DNA of 63,853 nucleotides, counting the filler, from Cercozoa sp. M6MM (Eukaryota; Protista; Endomyxa: Ascetosporea), in the NCBI GenBank assembly GCA_040357565.1. It is 14 parts of 14 records of this genome, joined end to end, with 100 filler letters (N's around TTAATTAATTAA, not from the genome) between each part and the next. Parts side by side here need not be neighbours in the genome. Positions count along the whole stretch, not along the records: positions 38,054 to 51,464 come from JBDODJ010000358.1; 13 more parts are not named here. One strand, given 5' to 3'. Position numbers and translations under genes: made by a program. The first letter of the stretch is position 1. Each line of letters starts with the position of its first letter. Of the stretch, positions 39,084 to 51,564 are shown piece by piece. The notes under the pieces are model-generated. The model made no database searches. It saw only the letters and a list, made by a program, of their open reading frames with translations, and was not told the origin of the DNA.

Positions 39084-40661
39084 TACACACACAGATACAC
39101 ACATAGATACATGCCTCCATGATGATACAAAACCTACACAGTGACGCTCTTGAGTGACTTGACTGACAGAAACCGTCCCTATTTGACAAGGAGTAAGCAC
39201 ACCTCCCAAACGAAGACAAGAAAACGTACAGCAGAGACATCGGCATTGACACCATCGATCAGCACCGTGGTGTTCTCGGCTTCGACAAAGATGACGCCGT
39301 CATTGTCCTGTGGCAGCCCGAGTTGCTGCACCTGCAGTCCCGTCTGCTCTCAACCCAACAAGTCAAGGGGTGAGGGATAGGGTAGGGGGTAGAGGGTAGG
39401 AGTGTAGGGGCAGAGAGTAAGGGGTAAGGGGTAAGGGGTAAGGGGTAAGGGGTAAGGAGTAAGGGGTAAGGGGTAAGGGGTAAGGGGTAAGGGGTAAGGG
39501 GTAAGNNNNNNNNNNGGTAAGGGGTAAGGGGTAAGGGGTAAGGGGTAAGGGGTAAGGGGTAAAGCAAGCTACAACAACGACGTCGGTGTTATGCGCCCGC
39601 AGCACCAGCGGTTCCCGCCCAAAGCCGCGCAGAGCGCACTTCTCTACCGCCAGCACCGGTCTTTCCGGCAACAAGGCTCTCAAGTGCATCTCCACATCGA
39701 TGCACTTGTCGACATCGTCGCATGCCACTCCCAGTGTCACCGACTGCACCGACACCGGTCATTCACACCAAAACACAGAGAAACTGCTGGCTACAAAACG
39801 CACAACTGGCTCTGTCGTGAGAACTTTAACTGCCCGCATACTGTGTTGGCAGACACATGAAATTGGCACACGAGTGTACACAGCTAAATTTCTGGAGAGC
39901 ATGTACAGGTTGCGAAAGGTGACGTTTCGCATCGACACAGTGCCGTATATTTGCTCGAACATGGTCGCCTCGGCTGGGGCTGCAACAAGCGACGATAAAC
40001 ATGCCCTACTCATGAGATGGCACAGCAGAATTACGTTCGTATCCGACAATCTCGGAGTCGCTGATGTGCACTTGGGGTGTGAATCGAGTCTCTGATCAAG
40101 CGTGTGCGAGTCAGGGCAAGAAACGCCAGTGAGACACGTGGCACATTTACCAGGCAAGCCGAAACAATCGGGCCGTGCGTACAGCAGCGCCGTCGGCACA
40201 ATCGGATCGAACTGCTGGAAACCACCCATGTCGCTTTCACTAACTCGCAGGCCTAACGCACTCAGTCAATTGACACGTGACTCAGTTGACACGTGACGCA
40301 GTTGACACGTGGGTACCACTCAGAGTGACTTCGCTGCAGAAGTTGTTGAGGTACACCAGAGGCGCTTTCTTGGGTGCCAGCACCTAGCAACAAGAAGGGA
40401 AGTCTATATGCATGGTGGGGCGAAGGGTAAAGGTACGCCCTGCACATCGACGCGAGTGATGGCCTGATGCAGATAAACGACACTGCCACCGATTGTGACA
40501 CTGTGTGCGTCGACCTGTCAGCACACGTAAAATCCCATCAACCCCATCATCTCCCACGAACGAAAGCAGTACATTGGCGACTCGAACAGTGATGTTGCGG
40601 GTAGACTTCATCGACAACAACCTGCTCTGTCGGTTTTACTCAACGATAAGATAGTGCGCAG

Positions 40662-40710
<49 letters not shown>

Positions 40711-40720
40711 NNNNNNNNNN

Positions 40721-40768
<48 letters not shown>

Positions 40769-43309
40769 ATGTCGACTGAGCTTGGACAAAACAAACCGGA
40801 TTGCGCAGTCCGGGGTAGCCAATGGCGGCACAGAAGGCCATACGACCACCGTTTGGGCCACTCCGGCAGTTCACGCCGTCCACATCGATCGTGCTCTGAG
40901 TCTGCAGGGAAGACGTGAACTCTTGTTCACTAGTTTCTTCCAAGGTTGCCTACCGCGTAGTTGTCGTATTCTCGGACAGCGACGCCAAGGCATATGGCCC
41001 TGCGTGACACCCACAGCAAACACGTGAAAGAGGTGACCGAGAAGTAAAACACACAGGTATGCAATACACACCCGAAAGTCGTTTTAATCGACAGACAGGT
41101 GATGTTGCGCACCTGCGCATTCGGCGGATGTCCGTCGCTGTGAATGTAGACTCCGGCCGCCATCTGAGAAAGCAGTACAGTGTAAACACGGAATGAATGA
41201 AAGGGCAAACGGCCTAGATACAGGGCAAAGAAAAGAAGACTGAAAACAGCTACCTCATTGGTGATGACGCTTCTGTCCGTCAGTTGTGCTATGCATATAC
41301 AGACAAGATAAACACGAGTATGTGCACAGATCCAGACTAGTGTGTACGCAAGTGTACCAAGGTCGACGTGCACGTTTTTCATCGTCAGTGTCTGATGAGA
41401 GGAATCTAAACAAGGAAGCAGTTGAATAACAAACTTTAGTCACGCACATTTTCCTTATAAGAGCCAAAGGCTACCTCCAGAGTACGAGAGTTTGAGAGTC
41501 GGCCAATGTTGTGTTTTATCAGTGTTCTACACTTATGGAGTAGCCGGGTTGCATGGGTGGGTAAGGATTCTATTGGGGCACACCGAAAAGATGTGCAAAT
41601 CACGCATCGTCACGTGCGAGTTGGCGCGACTCGCAGCAACCTCCAGCACACGCATGTCGGCTGGCCGGTCAACCGTGCTACAAGAACACGGTAGATCTTT
41701 ATCTTGGTACTTTGCGAGACCCTCACACAGCCATGAACTGAAGGGCAGTTTTACACATTGGACAGGGTAAGATTCGAGTTGAACCAGAATTGCATCATCT
41801 GACCCGTTGAAAACTGGGATGCAAGCACACGTGTTTGTTGGAGAACAAAGACAAGTTTCAAGCGCAGTATGATACACTAAAGATCGGACGCGAGGTTGAC
41901 GTCTCGCCGGCGGACAGAATGAGGTCGCGTACGTGCAAGTCCAGGTATTGTGTCGTGCCCTTTGGGGGAGAACATAATAGGAGTGTGCAACAGGGGGGGT
42001 ATCCGGGTGGGGGGGGGGGCCAGGTAAAGAGAAACCGGACAACTTACGTAAGTACGGAAAAACTGAACCGAAGCTGACCCGAACTGCTGCCGAAAACGAT
42101 TCGAACCAGCGAGCACGAATTTCACGTGGTTGGATCCCTGCGTTTCTTTCAAAATAACCAACACAGAGATGGACACAGACAGACACGTACAGGCTCAAGT
42201 TGCACGCAAGTAGAACGGTCGATTAAGCAGTCCACGTTGTTCACTGCGATAGCACCCCTTATCATTCATCTGCCCGCTTTCTACATCCTATGCTTCAAGT
42301 ACCAAAAGCAGTCGAGCCAGCCAGCAAATTCCGCAGGTTGATGGCGCCCTTTGTTGGGTTCTGTGCCTCCGTTCGATAGTCAAGGTACTGCACATAGTCG
42401 AATAAAATGTATTTACGGACTAACAGAAGGAGGGGAGTGAGGTTAGAGTACAATGTTTGAAACGCGGGTTGTGTTTCGTGCATTTGCGATCTACACGCAC
42501 AAGGCAAAACGGGAACATAGAAATGGAAAATTGAGAGTAGGGAAACTTGTCACCAGCAGAGCACTGTGGTAGTTCTGGCTGCGTGAGACGTTGCGAAATT
42601 CCACGTTGAGCACAGTGGCGTTCGACAAGTCGTCCAATGTCAAAACCTGGAAATGTTGTTTCCTAATGTATCTATACTACACAAATGTATCAAGTGGCTT
42701 TACTTGAGAGGTGGTAGCAATGACGTCCTTGAACACGACGTCCTCGATGTATGCCGTGCCACAACCACGCACGTGCAGACCGCCGTTCTCAATGGTGAGC
42801 GACTGCACCGTGACTGACGGTGTCGTACCGAACTGGAGCGTGCGGCCAGCACCGGCAGTAACGCGAGGATTGATACCAAGTCCTTGAACTAAACATCAAA
42901 GGAATAGGATGTTAGGGTGCAGTACTGTACTGTTGGGAACTTAGTTTGGACTGGACGTACTTGTCACAGGGTTCATGAAGGCAAAGGTGTTGTCACTCCA
43001 ACCGACAAGACTGCCCATCACGCGCAGCTCAAGACCACCCGCGCAAGCCGGCGTATCACTGAGGTATTCAAGTCAAGTCACCAAGTCACTGTCCGAACAC
43101 TCACACTCAGTCGCATTAAACATACAAAGTCTTTAGCGAGGTCAGCGCGTCCTCCATCGATCCAGTGCTCCGTGTTCTAAGGATGTAACGTCCATACGGA
43201 CCCCACCAACAACAAAACAGGTGTGTGTGCGTACTTACAAGGAGCATTGCGCCTCGACATGACGCAAAACGACCGCCATCAGCAAAGCAATCGAAACAAA
43301 CAACACCAT
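38054..43309 (-). CDS. Large secreted/surface protein with right-handed beta-helix (pectin-lyase-like / Pmp-type GGA-FxxN) repeats, 3'-truncated
   Basis: Signal peptide MVLFVSIALLMAVVLRHVEAQ; beta-helix-like strands (VTVQSLTIENGGLHV, YIEDVVF); VTLRNVTFDGNTARSGGA and NNKAELRGGAF; Cys-rich stretches. Confidence 0.75.
39418..39562. repeat. (GGGGTAA)n heptamer array inside an intron, interrupted by a 10-N gap
   Basis: Direct; about 18 near-perfect copies. Confidence 0.95.
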
Positions 43310-43901
43310 CGTGATGACTCGGTGCTGATCTCGGCAGGCTGCCTCTTGTCATGCACCGTGGCACGACGTCAGAGAAACTGTAAGCACTATTACACACGTA
43401 GGCGCCTACTCACGGCTCTGCAAAACAAGCAAATCCAATGTTCTGACTCGCTGCTCGATCAATGCTTTTCTTCATTTTCGGTGTGTTTTGCTGCAGTGGT
43501 CACATTGACACCCGAGCGCATTGCATCCACATCCCACCACCTGCCAGAACGAACGGCAGCGGCACGCGAAAGTGGGCTAATGACTCGTTGAACTTGAGTT
43601 GACCGACTAGTGGTGAGGTCAAGTCACTGAACGACTCTCATCGAACTCCAGCGCGCGAGGTAGGGTGAGTTTAGTTAACACCAGACATCGTACCCGGCCG
43701 CACTAGTATATATTTAAAATCACGCCGGCAAAAAGCGGCTCGGCTGTGAAGGGAGGCTACCCTGCATGCACACGACACGACAGAGCTGAAAAGACCGAAC
43801 CCGCTCGATTCGTTTCAAAGGCACAAGGCCAAGTGCGCCGGGTCGCGTCACTGCTAGGAGATGCAACTGTCAGTTTGGCGACGAGAGTTTTCGTCCTTCA
43901 G

Positions 43902-44362
43902 TTAGTGGTGCTCCTCAGTCATCGTGATGAACTGCGGGTACGGCTTCACGACGGCCTTGGTGAGCGCAAGCGGGCCCTTGCCCTCTGCAGTCACCGAAAC
44001 ATGAAGAGAAAAACAGGAAAACAGAGAGGAAAGAGCGTACGGAGCGCGTAGCCGGCCAACATGAGGCCGACGCCACCGAAGATGTAGAGACTGGCGTTGG
44101 CGAGCGGGAATCTGATCGGCTTCGGCAGGTAGTCTGGTACAATCAACACATACCAAGGAGACGGATATTTCATTTTGTGGTTTTAATCTGAGCAAATTGC
44201 ACCAGCCAGGACGTTCTTCATAGCAATGCCCATATGGGAAGCCATGCCCAGGGAGAACACAACATCACCAGCACGCTGGGTCATCTCAGTCGGCGCCACA
44301 GCAAACATCGGCACGCCAACACCCAGCATCAAAACGGCCGTCTTCTTCATGATTGCCACCAT
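43902..44362 (-). CDS. SDH4: Succinate dehydrogenase cytochrome b small subunit (CybS)
   Basis: Three hydrophobic segments. HMGIAMKNVLADY has the H-x10-DY spacing of SDHD. 3 exons. Confidence 0.7.
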
Positions 44363-44619
44363 CTTGGGCGTAGTTTTGTGTTTCGATCACACGTGCAGAT
44401 AGACGTACTTGCAAGCACAGCACTCGGACGTTTGAGCTGCAGCTTTTAAATTTTGGTATACTGTACAGCTCTTGTACCAGATTGTCCAGCAGTGTTCTCA
44501 GACTGGCAGGGCACTCCAGTACGCGGCTAGCTGTGCCCACAGCGTGTTAGTACTCAAAAGGAGTGTGAATTTGCAATTCAAGAGGAAATAAGAGGTCAAA
44601 GAGCAAGTCACGAACGCTG

Positions 44620-46728
44620 ATGGAAGTCATCACTGTAGGACTGGTCTTGTTGTGCTGCAATGGCCTTCAGCATCTCCGATGTTAGCAGAATCTGTGCCAA
44701 ACATTCGATCCGACAACGACGGCACTGGCAGCGCATGAGTCGCACCTGCAGCAGGTGCAGAAAGCGCTGAAGAAGTCGAACAGTGCGAAAAGTGCCGTTC
44801 TGACAGCCGTGCAGGCACTGCCGGCACACTTTGTCGCTGCCCGCGCCGCTTGTCTCAGTTCCGTGACCTCGAAACCTGAGGTGTTTCTTGTGCCTCGTTC
44901 GATTGGAGTCCTAAGGAATGCTTCCACTTGTGTAGGACGGCTCCTGGCCGACCGCACCGTCAGCGCACGCAGCCGCGTTTTGTGTCTTGGCAGAGGACGT
45001 GCTGCGAGTGGGTTTCCTTGTATATATAAGATAAGGGTTGACAGGAGGGTAAGAAGTAAGCTGTAATGTGTGTCTGTGTGTGTTCAGAGTGTGCCAACAG
45101 CAGTGACAGCAGCGTGTGAGTCAGCTGCGCAGTCACTCGGCAATATGTCACGCACTGTCGCCGAGTTGCGCATTCGCGAGTACCTGAACGAGCTGAGCCA
45201 GGTATATCTGGACCGTCCATTTGTACTTAGTTAAGGGAGCTACTGTTACGATGCATGTCATAGCAAAACATGACTGCCGGAGCCTCGTTGACGCAGCTCT
45301 TGCTTCTGCTGTCGCAGGCCGATGCCGCTCTTCGTCAGGGCAACCTTGGCAAGGTAGTGGGGGGGGTAGGAGGGGGTCGGGAAACACGATTGCGTTGCCT
45401 AGGTGACACCAGTGACGCCGTGTCTGCTGCGTGTGTCGCTAAAGCTGCTTCGCGTACAGCACGTGCGCGCACTGGCACTGGCACCTAAACTGGCCGTCAT
45501 GTCTGGTACCTTTCCATGTCCTCATGTATTGTTCGCTGCGTACTGTCCACCGTGTATTGTCCACGTGTACCAACTGTACGCTTAAAGGCTGCACTGCTGA
45601 GGATGTGCTTCTGACATTGTTCTACTCGGGCTTGGTGCTGGCCGCGCACGGCAACAAGTACCTCGGCGAGGCTGAGCATCGCTTCGACCAGTGCGCGCAG
45701 CTGCCGGCGCGTTATTCCAATTCGCGTCGTCGCAACATGGTCTACGATAGCTCCATCATGTCCAAGGTGCCCTACCTTTTCCCCATAACCCCTAACTTAT
45801 CCTCTACCCCATCCCATACCCCCATGTCACCCTCCTGCGACAGATTCAATTGGACGCTTTCCGACACCGCGTGTTTTGTTCGCTCATGTTGCGCGGTGAC
45901 GCTGGCATTGGTAGGGCCGACTTAGCCCACACCCCCTCCACTCTCCCTTAGGTATTGTCTCCCAGAGAACACTGGCGGTTTGGAGAACCTCAAGAGCAGC
46001 GCCGGCGTGTGTAATAAGTGGGCGCACGAGCTGGCCGAAGTGTTCACCACCAAGAGCGCCGAGGCACTGGCGCAGTTCTTCTCGGATTACCGCACTGTTT
46101 GGTAGACTCGACTTTACCCCCTTACCCAATACCCCTTACCCAATACCCCTTACCCTTTGACCCCAGGCGCAAGACTCCGACATTGAAGGCATGGCTGCCG
46201 AGACTGCAGCGTGCACAGTTTGCTCTGCGCATCGTGCGCACTACGAACGCCTTTGCAGCCTTGTCCTTCACTGCACTGGCCAAACAGGTTCCTCTGCCAC
46301 CTTTCGCCGGTCTCTACATAGACAGAGACGTTACTTGAGCAGGTCAACTGGACTCTCGGACTGCCGGCGCTGCGTAAACTGGTGCTGCAGATGGTCATGG
46401 ACGGTCAACTTACCGCCTCGATCGACGAGACTCAGGACGTTGTGCGTTTCTCCGAGACCGTTGTCACGCAGCAGTTGTCGGCGCGCCTGCAACAGTACAG
46501 CTAGCTGTTCCTTTTGCCTTCGTTCTTACCCCCCCCCCCCCCCCGTTCCCATAGGAAGGTGGCAACGGCACAGGTGCTGGCGCAGCAGTTCGTTCTCGCC
46601 AACGAGTCTGCCTGCCGACAGGTACGCTCAATTTGGGAAGGAACGGCTTCATAGAAAAGTTGTCTGTATGTGTGCAGGTGCGAGAAACTCAAGCGGTGCT
46701 GCACGCTGCTCGTGTGGGCGGCCAGTAA
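44620..46728 (+). CDS. CSN3: COP9 signalosome subunit 3-like PCI-domain protein
   Basis: LLTLFYSGLV...FDQCAQLP...IQLDAFRHRVFCSLML, and PCI segment IVRTTNAFAALSFTALAKQV...LVLQMVMDGQLTASIDETQDVVRF. An RPN3-type paralogue is not excluded. Confidence 0.72.
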
Positions 46729-46868
46729 GAAATCAACTCCGCTATGTGCCACGCGGGGCAACTGAAATAACGATGTGGAACACTTCGCACCCGGTAGTGC
46801 CCGTGACTGTTGTAGCGTCGCAAACTGTCGTGCTAGACAAACTGTACTCGTCGGCTTAAATTTAATCT

Positions 46869-48563
46869 CTAATCGTCGATCTCGACGTTCATTCGCCACA
46901 GCAGCGGATCGGTCCCTAAACACAGAAAACACATGGGGACTGAGCCGAAAGCAAAGGGAGAAAGAGGGTACACTTGATGCCAAAGATCGGCATTCGCTCC
47001 ATGCCGAGGCGCTTCTGCTGCTTGGACGGGTACAAGCGCATGCGCACCGACGGGTCATCGTCCCAGCGCAGGTCCTATAGCATTAAAGGGTAGGGTAGGA
47101 GGGACAGGGGAGGATGGGGAGGAGGACAGGGCTAGAGCGAACCTTGACAGTGATGGATTGGCCGCGTCGCACGGGCATGGTGTCCACCATGAGAAAGCGC
47201 GGCAGACGCTCCTTGGGACCACGGTAGAGGAACTCGACGGCGTCGACGGGCGCCTTCATGGCGACGCGCGTGTCCTTGTTCAGAATCGGCTGCAGCGTCA
47301 GGTTGTGGAGGTACACGGGCACCTTGATGCGCGTGTCCTTCTCGCTGCTCGGCGGGAAGGGGCAAGGTATACTCATTCACTTGCATACTGGGTGGGGCGG
47401 GTAGGTTACCTGATGAACTTTGTGAATGTGAGGCCGTACGACTTATCGTAGTCCTCTGCATTGCGGTCAGGTTAGTAGGCAGAAAGAACCCATGGAGGGA
47501 GCCCTTAGAGGGAGCCCATGGAGGGAGCAAAGGGATGAAAGCTACGGTGGTGGCCAATGCGGAACTCGGACACGAGCACCTCGTGATCTTCGATCGTGCC
47601 GTCGAGTCGCTTCACTCGCAGCGTTCGCACCGCGCTCTACGGGGAGGAGGTAAAGAGGTAACGGCTGGTAAGAGTAAAGGAAAACACGCAACGAGGTAGC
47701 AGCTGCGTATACCTGCTTGTCGACCAGGAAGGAGAGGGCCTGACCGATACGGTTGTCGATACTACACGCAGGATACACAAATATAAACGCATTAAAGCAC
47801 AGAGGGTCAAAGGACAAGGGGCGAGGTAAATAAGCAAAGGTTAAAGGTTCAAAGGGTTGAAGGGCAAGGGTAAAGCGGTAAAGAACTACCTGAGTGGCAT
47901 GGAGTCGCCATTGCTCGTTCGCAGCTGTAGCTGGCAGTGGAAGCGTCCGTTGTCGCGAGCATCGCGCGCGAGTCGGTTGCCGCGGTGCCACGGCAGACGC
48001 TCCACCGCTTCGATCGTTTCGAACAGCGGACGAGGCACCTACCAAGCACGTACACATAGCATCGTACACTCGAAACTGGGACACTGCGGAAACTGGACTA
48101 CCTTGAAATCATCCGGCTCCGCGAAGTTGCTCCACAACATGAAGTTTTGCTGCATTTATTTATCTCAATACACCCCTCGGTACACTTTAACAAACAGTTG
48201 TACCTTGAATGGCAAGCGAAAGAACTGGTCGTAATCGCTCAACACCGAGTCTACGCACGTCGTATATGCAGTATAGTGTGTACACGCATCTCGCGGACTC
48301 AATCAAATACCGCCGTAGCCAGGTCGGTTCTTGTAGCGACGCTTCTTGTTCGGCGTGCTGGTCGGCTGCTTTGAGTTGCGTAGCGTGTAGCGCTCCCATT
48401 TCTCGCCTAATTATTCAAAAGACACCAAGAGAAAAACACCAAGAAATTCCTATCATGCACCAACAACGCAACCAGAGCTACCCTTGCCGGAGTCACCCGC
48501 AACCGCTGCACTTGTGCGCAGGCCTGTGCGCGACAAGGCTGCGCGCGTCGCCCTGCTGAGCAT
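46869..48563 (-). CDS. bL25m: Mitochondrial ribosomal protein bL25 (CTC-type, both domains)
   Basis: Arg/Ser-rich presequence MLSRATRAALSRTGLR; ETIEAVER...GNRLARDARDNGR (bL25 N-domain); IKVPVYL...LPRFLMVDTMPVRRGQSITVKDL (C-domain). Confidence 0.72.
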
Positions 48564-48899
48564 TCTGGCCTTGGGAAAAAAGAAAAACAACCGCACGTGC
48601 AGTAACTGCAGCGGTGCAACGGCCTAACTGCGCAATCCGCTTCACACAGCCTGGCAATGCTGTTTACTGTTGGCTTTCCGGTGTCCCCGATCAGTACGAT
48701 CGGGCGCGGCAGAGCCAGAAATTTGAGCTCAAGCTATCAACGGCGTTGCAGGGCCACTCAAACCACGAGGCACAACAAACGTTTGCGAAGGCAGTGCGTG
48801 TAGTCATCTCGCGGTGCGTTGCGTGCTTTGGGCCGAGACATTTTTGCGCAGAGAAGAAACCAAAAACTAGATCTAATTTTGTGTGTTTTTTCATGACAG

Positions 48900-50063
48900 A
48901 TGCAGTCGTCGGCGGTGTGGAAGGGCGCTCGACGTTGCGTTCAGCGTCGCTGGCGTGCTGAGCGGATCCGAGCGCAGGACTTCGTGGCGCCGAAGTTCAA
49001 GTTCTTGAAGTTCGAACTGCCGTGGGTGCGCATGAAGCGTGACGCCGGTGCCACCGCCGCTGTAAATTATTTTTTGTTGTTTTGTTTACTTCTGCCAAAA
49101 TTGAGATGTGCATTTTGTTGATTGTTTGTGCTGTTGCTCAGGTCTCCAAGCTGAGTGACAAGCGTCAGGCTGCCGCGGACTCTGTGCGACCCGGCGAGCG
49201 TGCCGACATCCGTGTCACTTCCGACGAGGTAAGCCGTTGCTGAGTGTGTCTCTTAGGCTTGTGTGAGTGAGATGCTGCATACGTTTGAACTGTGTGTGAA
49301 CGCAGATGGTGGAGCGCACCGAGGCCATGCAGAACGAGTGGGAGGAGAAGCAGCTGCGCTTCCGTCATGTGGAGCCACCGCGCTCGGCCGTTGTCGAGTC
49401 TGCGGGCGAGCTTGCCGGTCACACCAAGTGGTATGTTTCTTTTACCCCCCCCCCCACCCCACCCCCCTACTCCTTACTTCCCTTCATCAATTACCTGCAT
49501 ACGATAGGTACCGCTGGGGTTTGCGTCACGAGGACCTCGTCGACTGCGGTGTGTTTGACCTGCCGGACGAGAAGGTTAACCTGCTGCTCCAGGTACAGGC
49601 TTGTTTCTCTCCTGGGTGTGTGTACTGGGTGTGTGTACTCTTGTGTGTCGGCACGGGGCAGGGCGTGCTGCACGGCACTAAGCTGACTGACGAGAAGGAG
49701 AAGAAGGCGCACGCGGCGCACGTGCTGATCGAGAAATACGGCAAGCATCCGTTCGACTGCGGCAACCCGGTGGTCCAGATGATGATGGTGCAACGACAGG
49801 CGCAGCGCATGAAGCGGCACGTTGGCATGTTCCAGCGCGACCGCATGTCGCGACACAAGCTCGACCGCATTCGCTCCAAGCGACGCAAGCTCTTCCGCTA
49901 CGCGCGTCGCCACGACTACGCCGAGTACAAGCGCGCCATCGATCGCATCTATGGCTTCGACCCGCTCTCGGTGCGACAGCGCAACAAGGAGCACCCGAAG
50001 AAGCTCTTCTTCCGCTCCAAGAACCTCGGTCAGCGCAAGGGCGACAACTGGGGCGGCTTCTAA
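48900..50063 (+). CDS. uS15m: Mitochondrial ribosomal protein uS15 with long N-terminal extension
   Basis: KYGKHPFDCGNPVVQ...HVGMFQRDRMSRHKL...KRRKLFRYARRHDYAEYKRAI (uS15 core); Arg-rich N-terminus; 5 exons. Confidence 0.82.
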
Positions 50064-50267
50064 CCCCCCTGGCGTCGAGCAACTTTGCACATTGGCACGG
50101 TTTGCGCCTTGCACCTCTACGTTTCGTTCCGTTCAGTTTCACAATATTAATCTGAAACAAAATTACGAACTAAAGACCGTGGTTCAATTGCAAGTTTCCA
50201 GGTTTGACGCTGGTTTCGCCGTCGGCGACGCTTTCGGTTAAGTCGGGGCTACTACGCAGCAACTTGT

Positions 50268-50933
50268 TTAGGGCCACTCAACCCACATCCAGGCGCTGGA
50301 GACACTTGCAATGATCAGCGGGCCTGGTGGAGCATGCAAGGATACGCAGCATGCAACGAGTGATGATCCAGTGTGCATAATGAGTGTGCGAAATGAGCGC
50401 GCTAAATGAGAGTACCGACGAGACCACGGAAGTGCAAGGTGCGGTAAACGAGGAACTCGAGCGCAAAGAAGCCAAGCGCGACCAGGAAGGAAAAGAACGT
50501 GATCGAGTGCATCGCAACGTTGCTCGGCTCAAGCGCCGACATCACGCACAGAGCACACGTCTGACCACCGATATCCGAACATAGAGACAACAACAGTACC
50601 CTGCTTCAAGCACACAAAGAGGATCTACCAACAGCGTCCACACCGAAAACAGTCGCGCAGCCACCGGACTCACTGTATCAACGATGCAGCATCACGATCG
50701 ATATTAAATACCCCCTTCGACCAATACCCTGCTCTGGACGACGCGTAAAAACACGCTCCCGGAACGACTTCGGCTGCCCAAATCAGGTACATATAAAGCG
50801 CTCACAGTCATACAAGCATCAGACCTACCCCAAGGTAGCCCAGAACGACGGACAGGAAACGAAGCGACGCAACAAACAACAACCACTTCGACAGGAGGCT
50901 CATCGCCGCAAAACGGAGCATCAGTTCGGCCAT
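50268..50933 (-). CDS. ERG28: Ergosterol biosynthesis scaffold ERG28
   Basis: KWLLFVASLRFLSVVLGY...SPVAARLFSVWTLLTCALC...SFLVALGFFALEFLVYRT...GPLIIASVS; 5 exons. Confidence 0.88.
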
Positions 50934-51226
50934 TAAAGCTTGCATTGTCAAGATCCTTCAAATCAGCACAGTTGTGCTCACTTCAGTTTCAAGTCAACGT
51001 TACGCCCTACTGCAGGACAAAATTCTAAAAATTATATACGACAAGCCCGTCGCTCCGCTGGCCAGAGGAATTTCAACAGGCTTTCAATTCCCATCCGACG
51101 CACTAATTCTTGCTTAGTTTATTGGTAAACCGCATATACAGCTGTGTGTACGCTGAGAGTTTCCATTTCCACATCCGAATGATCTGATTGAGATCTTGTT
51201 TTACGCACCGCAGTCCGTGCGCCGCT

Positions 51227-51292
51227 ATGTCAGAAGAGGAACCCGAGCAGGTTCGAGGCAAGCCGACGGTTGTCATCGTCATCGGCATGGCT
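51227..51292 (+). CDS. GPN1: First exon of a GPN-loop GTPase (GPN1-like)
   Basis: MSEEEPEQVRGKPTVVIVIGMA followed by a gtattt donor. Matches the residues before the GPN1 G1 box (GMAGSGKT); the rest is lost at the contig end. Confidence 0.6.
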
Positions 51293-51375
51293 GTATTTGT
51301 TCAAACACATTCCAGTCCCTGAAATTGGAGGAGAAATTGGAGGAGTGTGTCCACCGATTTCCGAGCACACCTGCA

Positions 51376-51464
<89 letters not shown>

Positions 51465-51564
51465 NNNNNNNNNNNNNNNNNNNNNNNNNNNNNNNNNNNN
51501 NNNNNNNNTTAATTAATTAANNNNNNNNNNNNNNNNNNNNNNNNNNNNNNNNNNNNNNNNNNNN

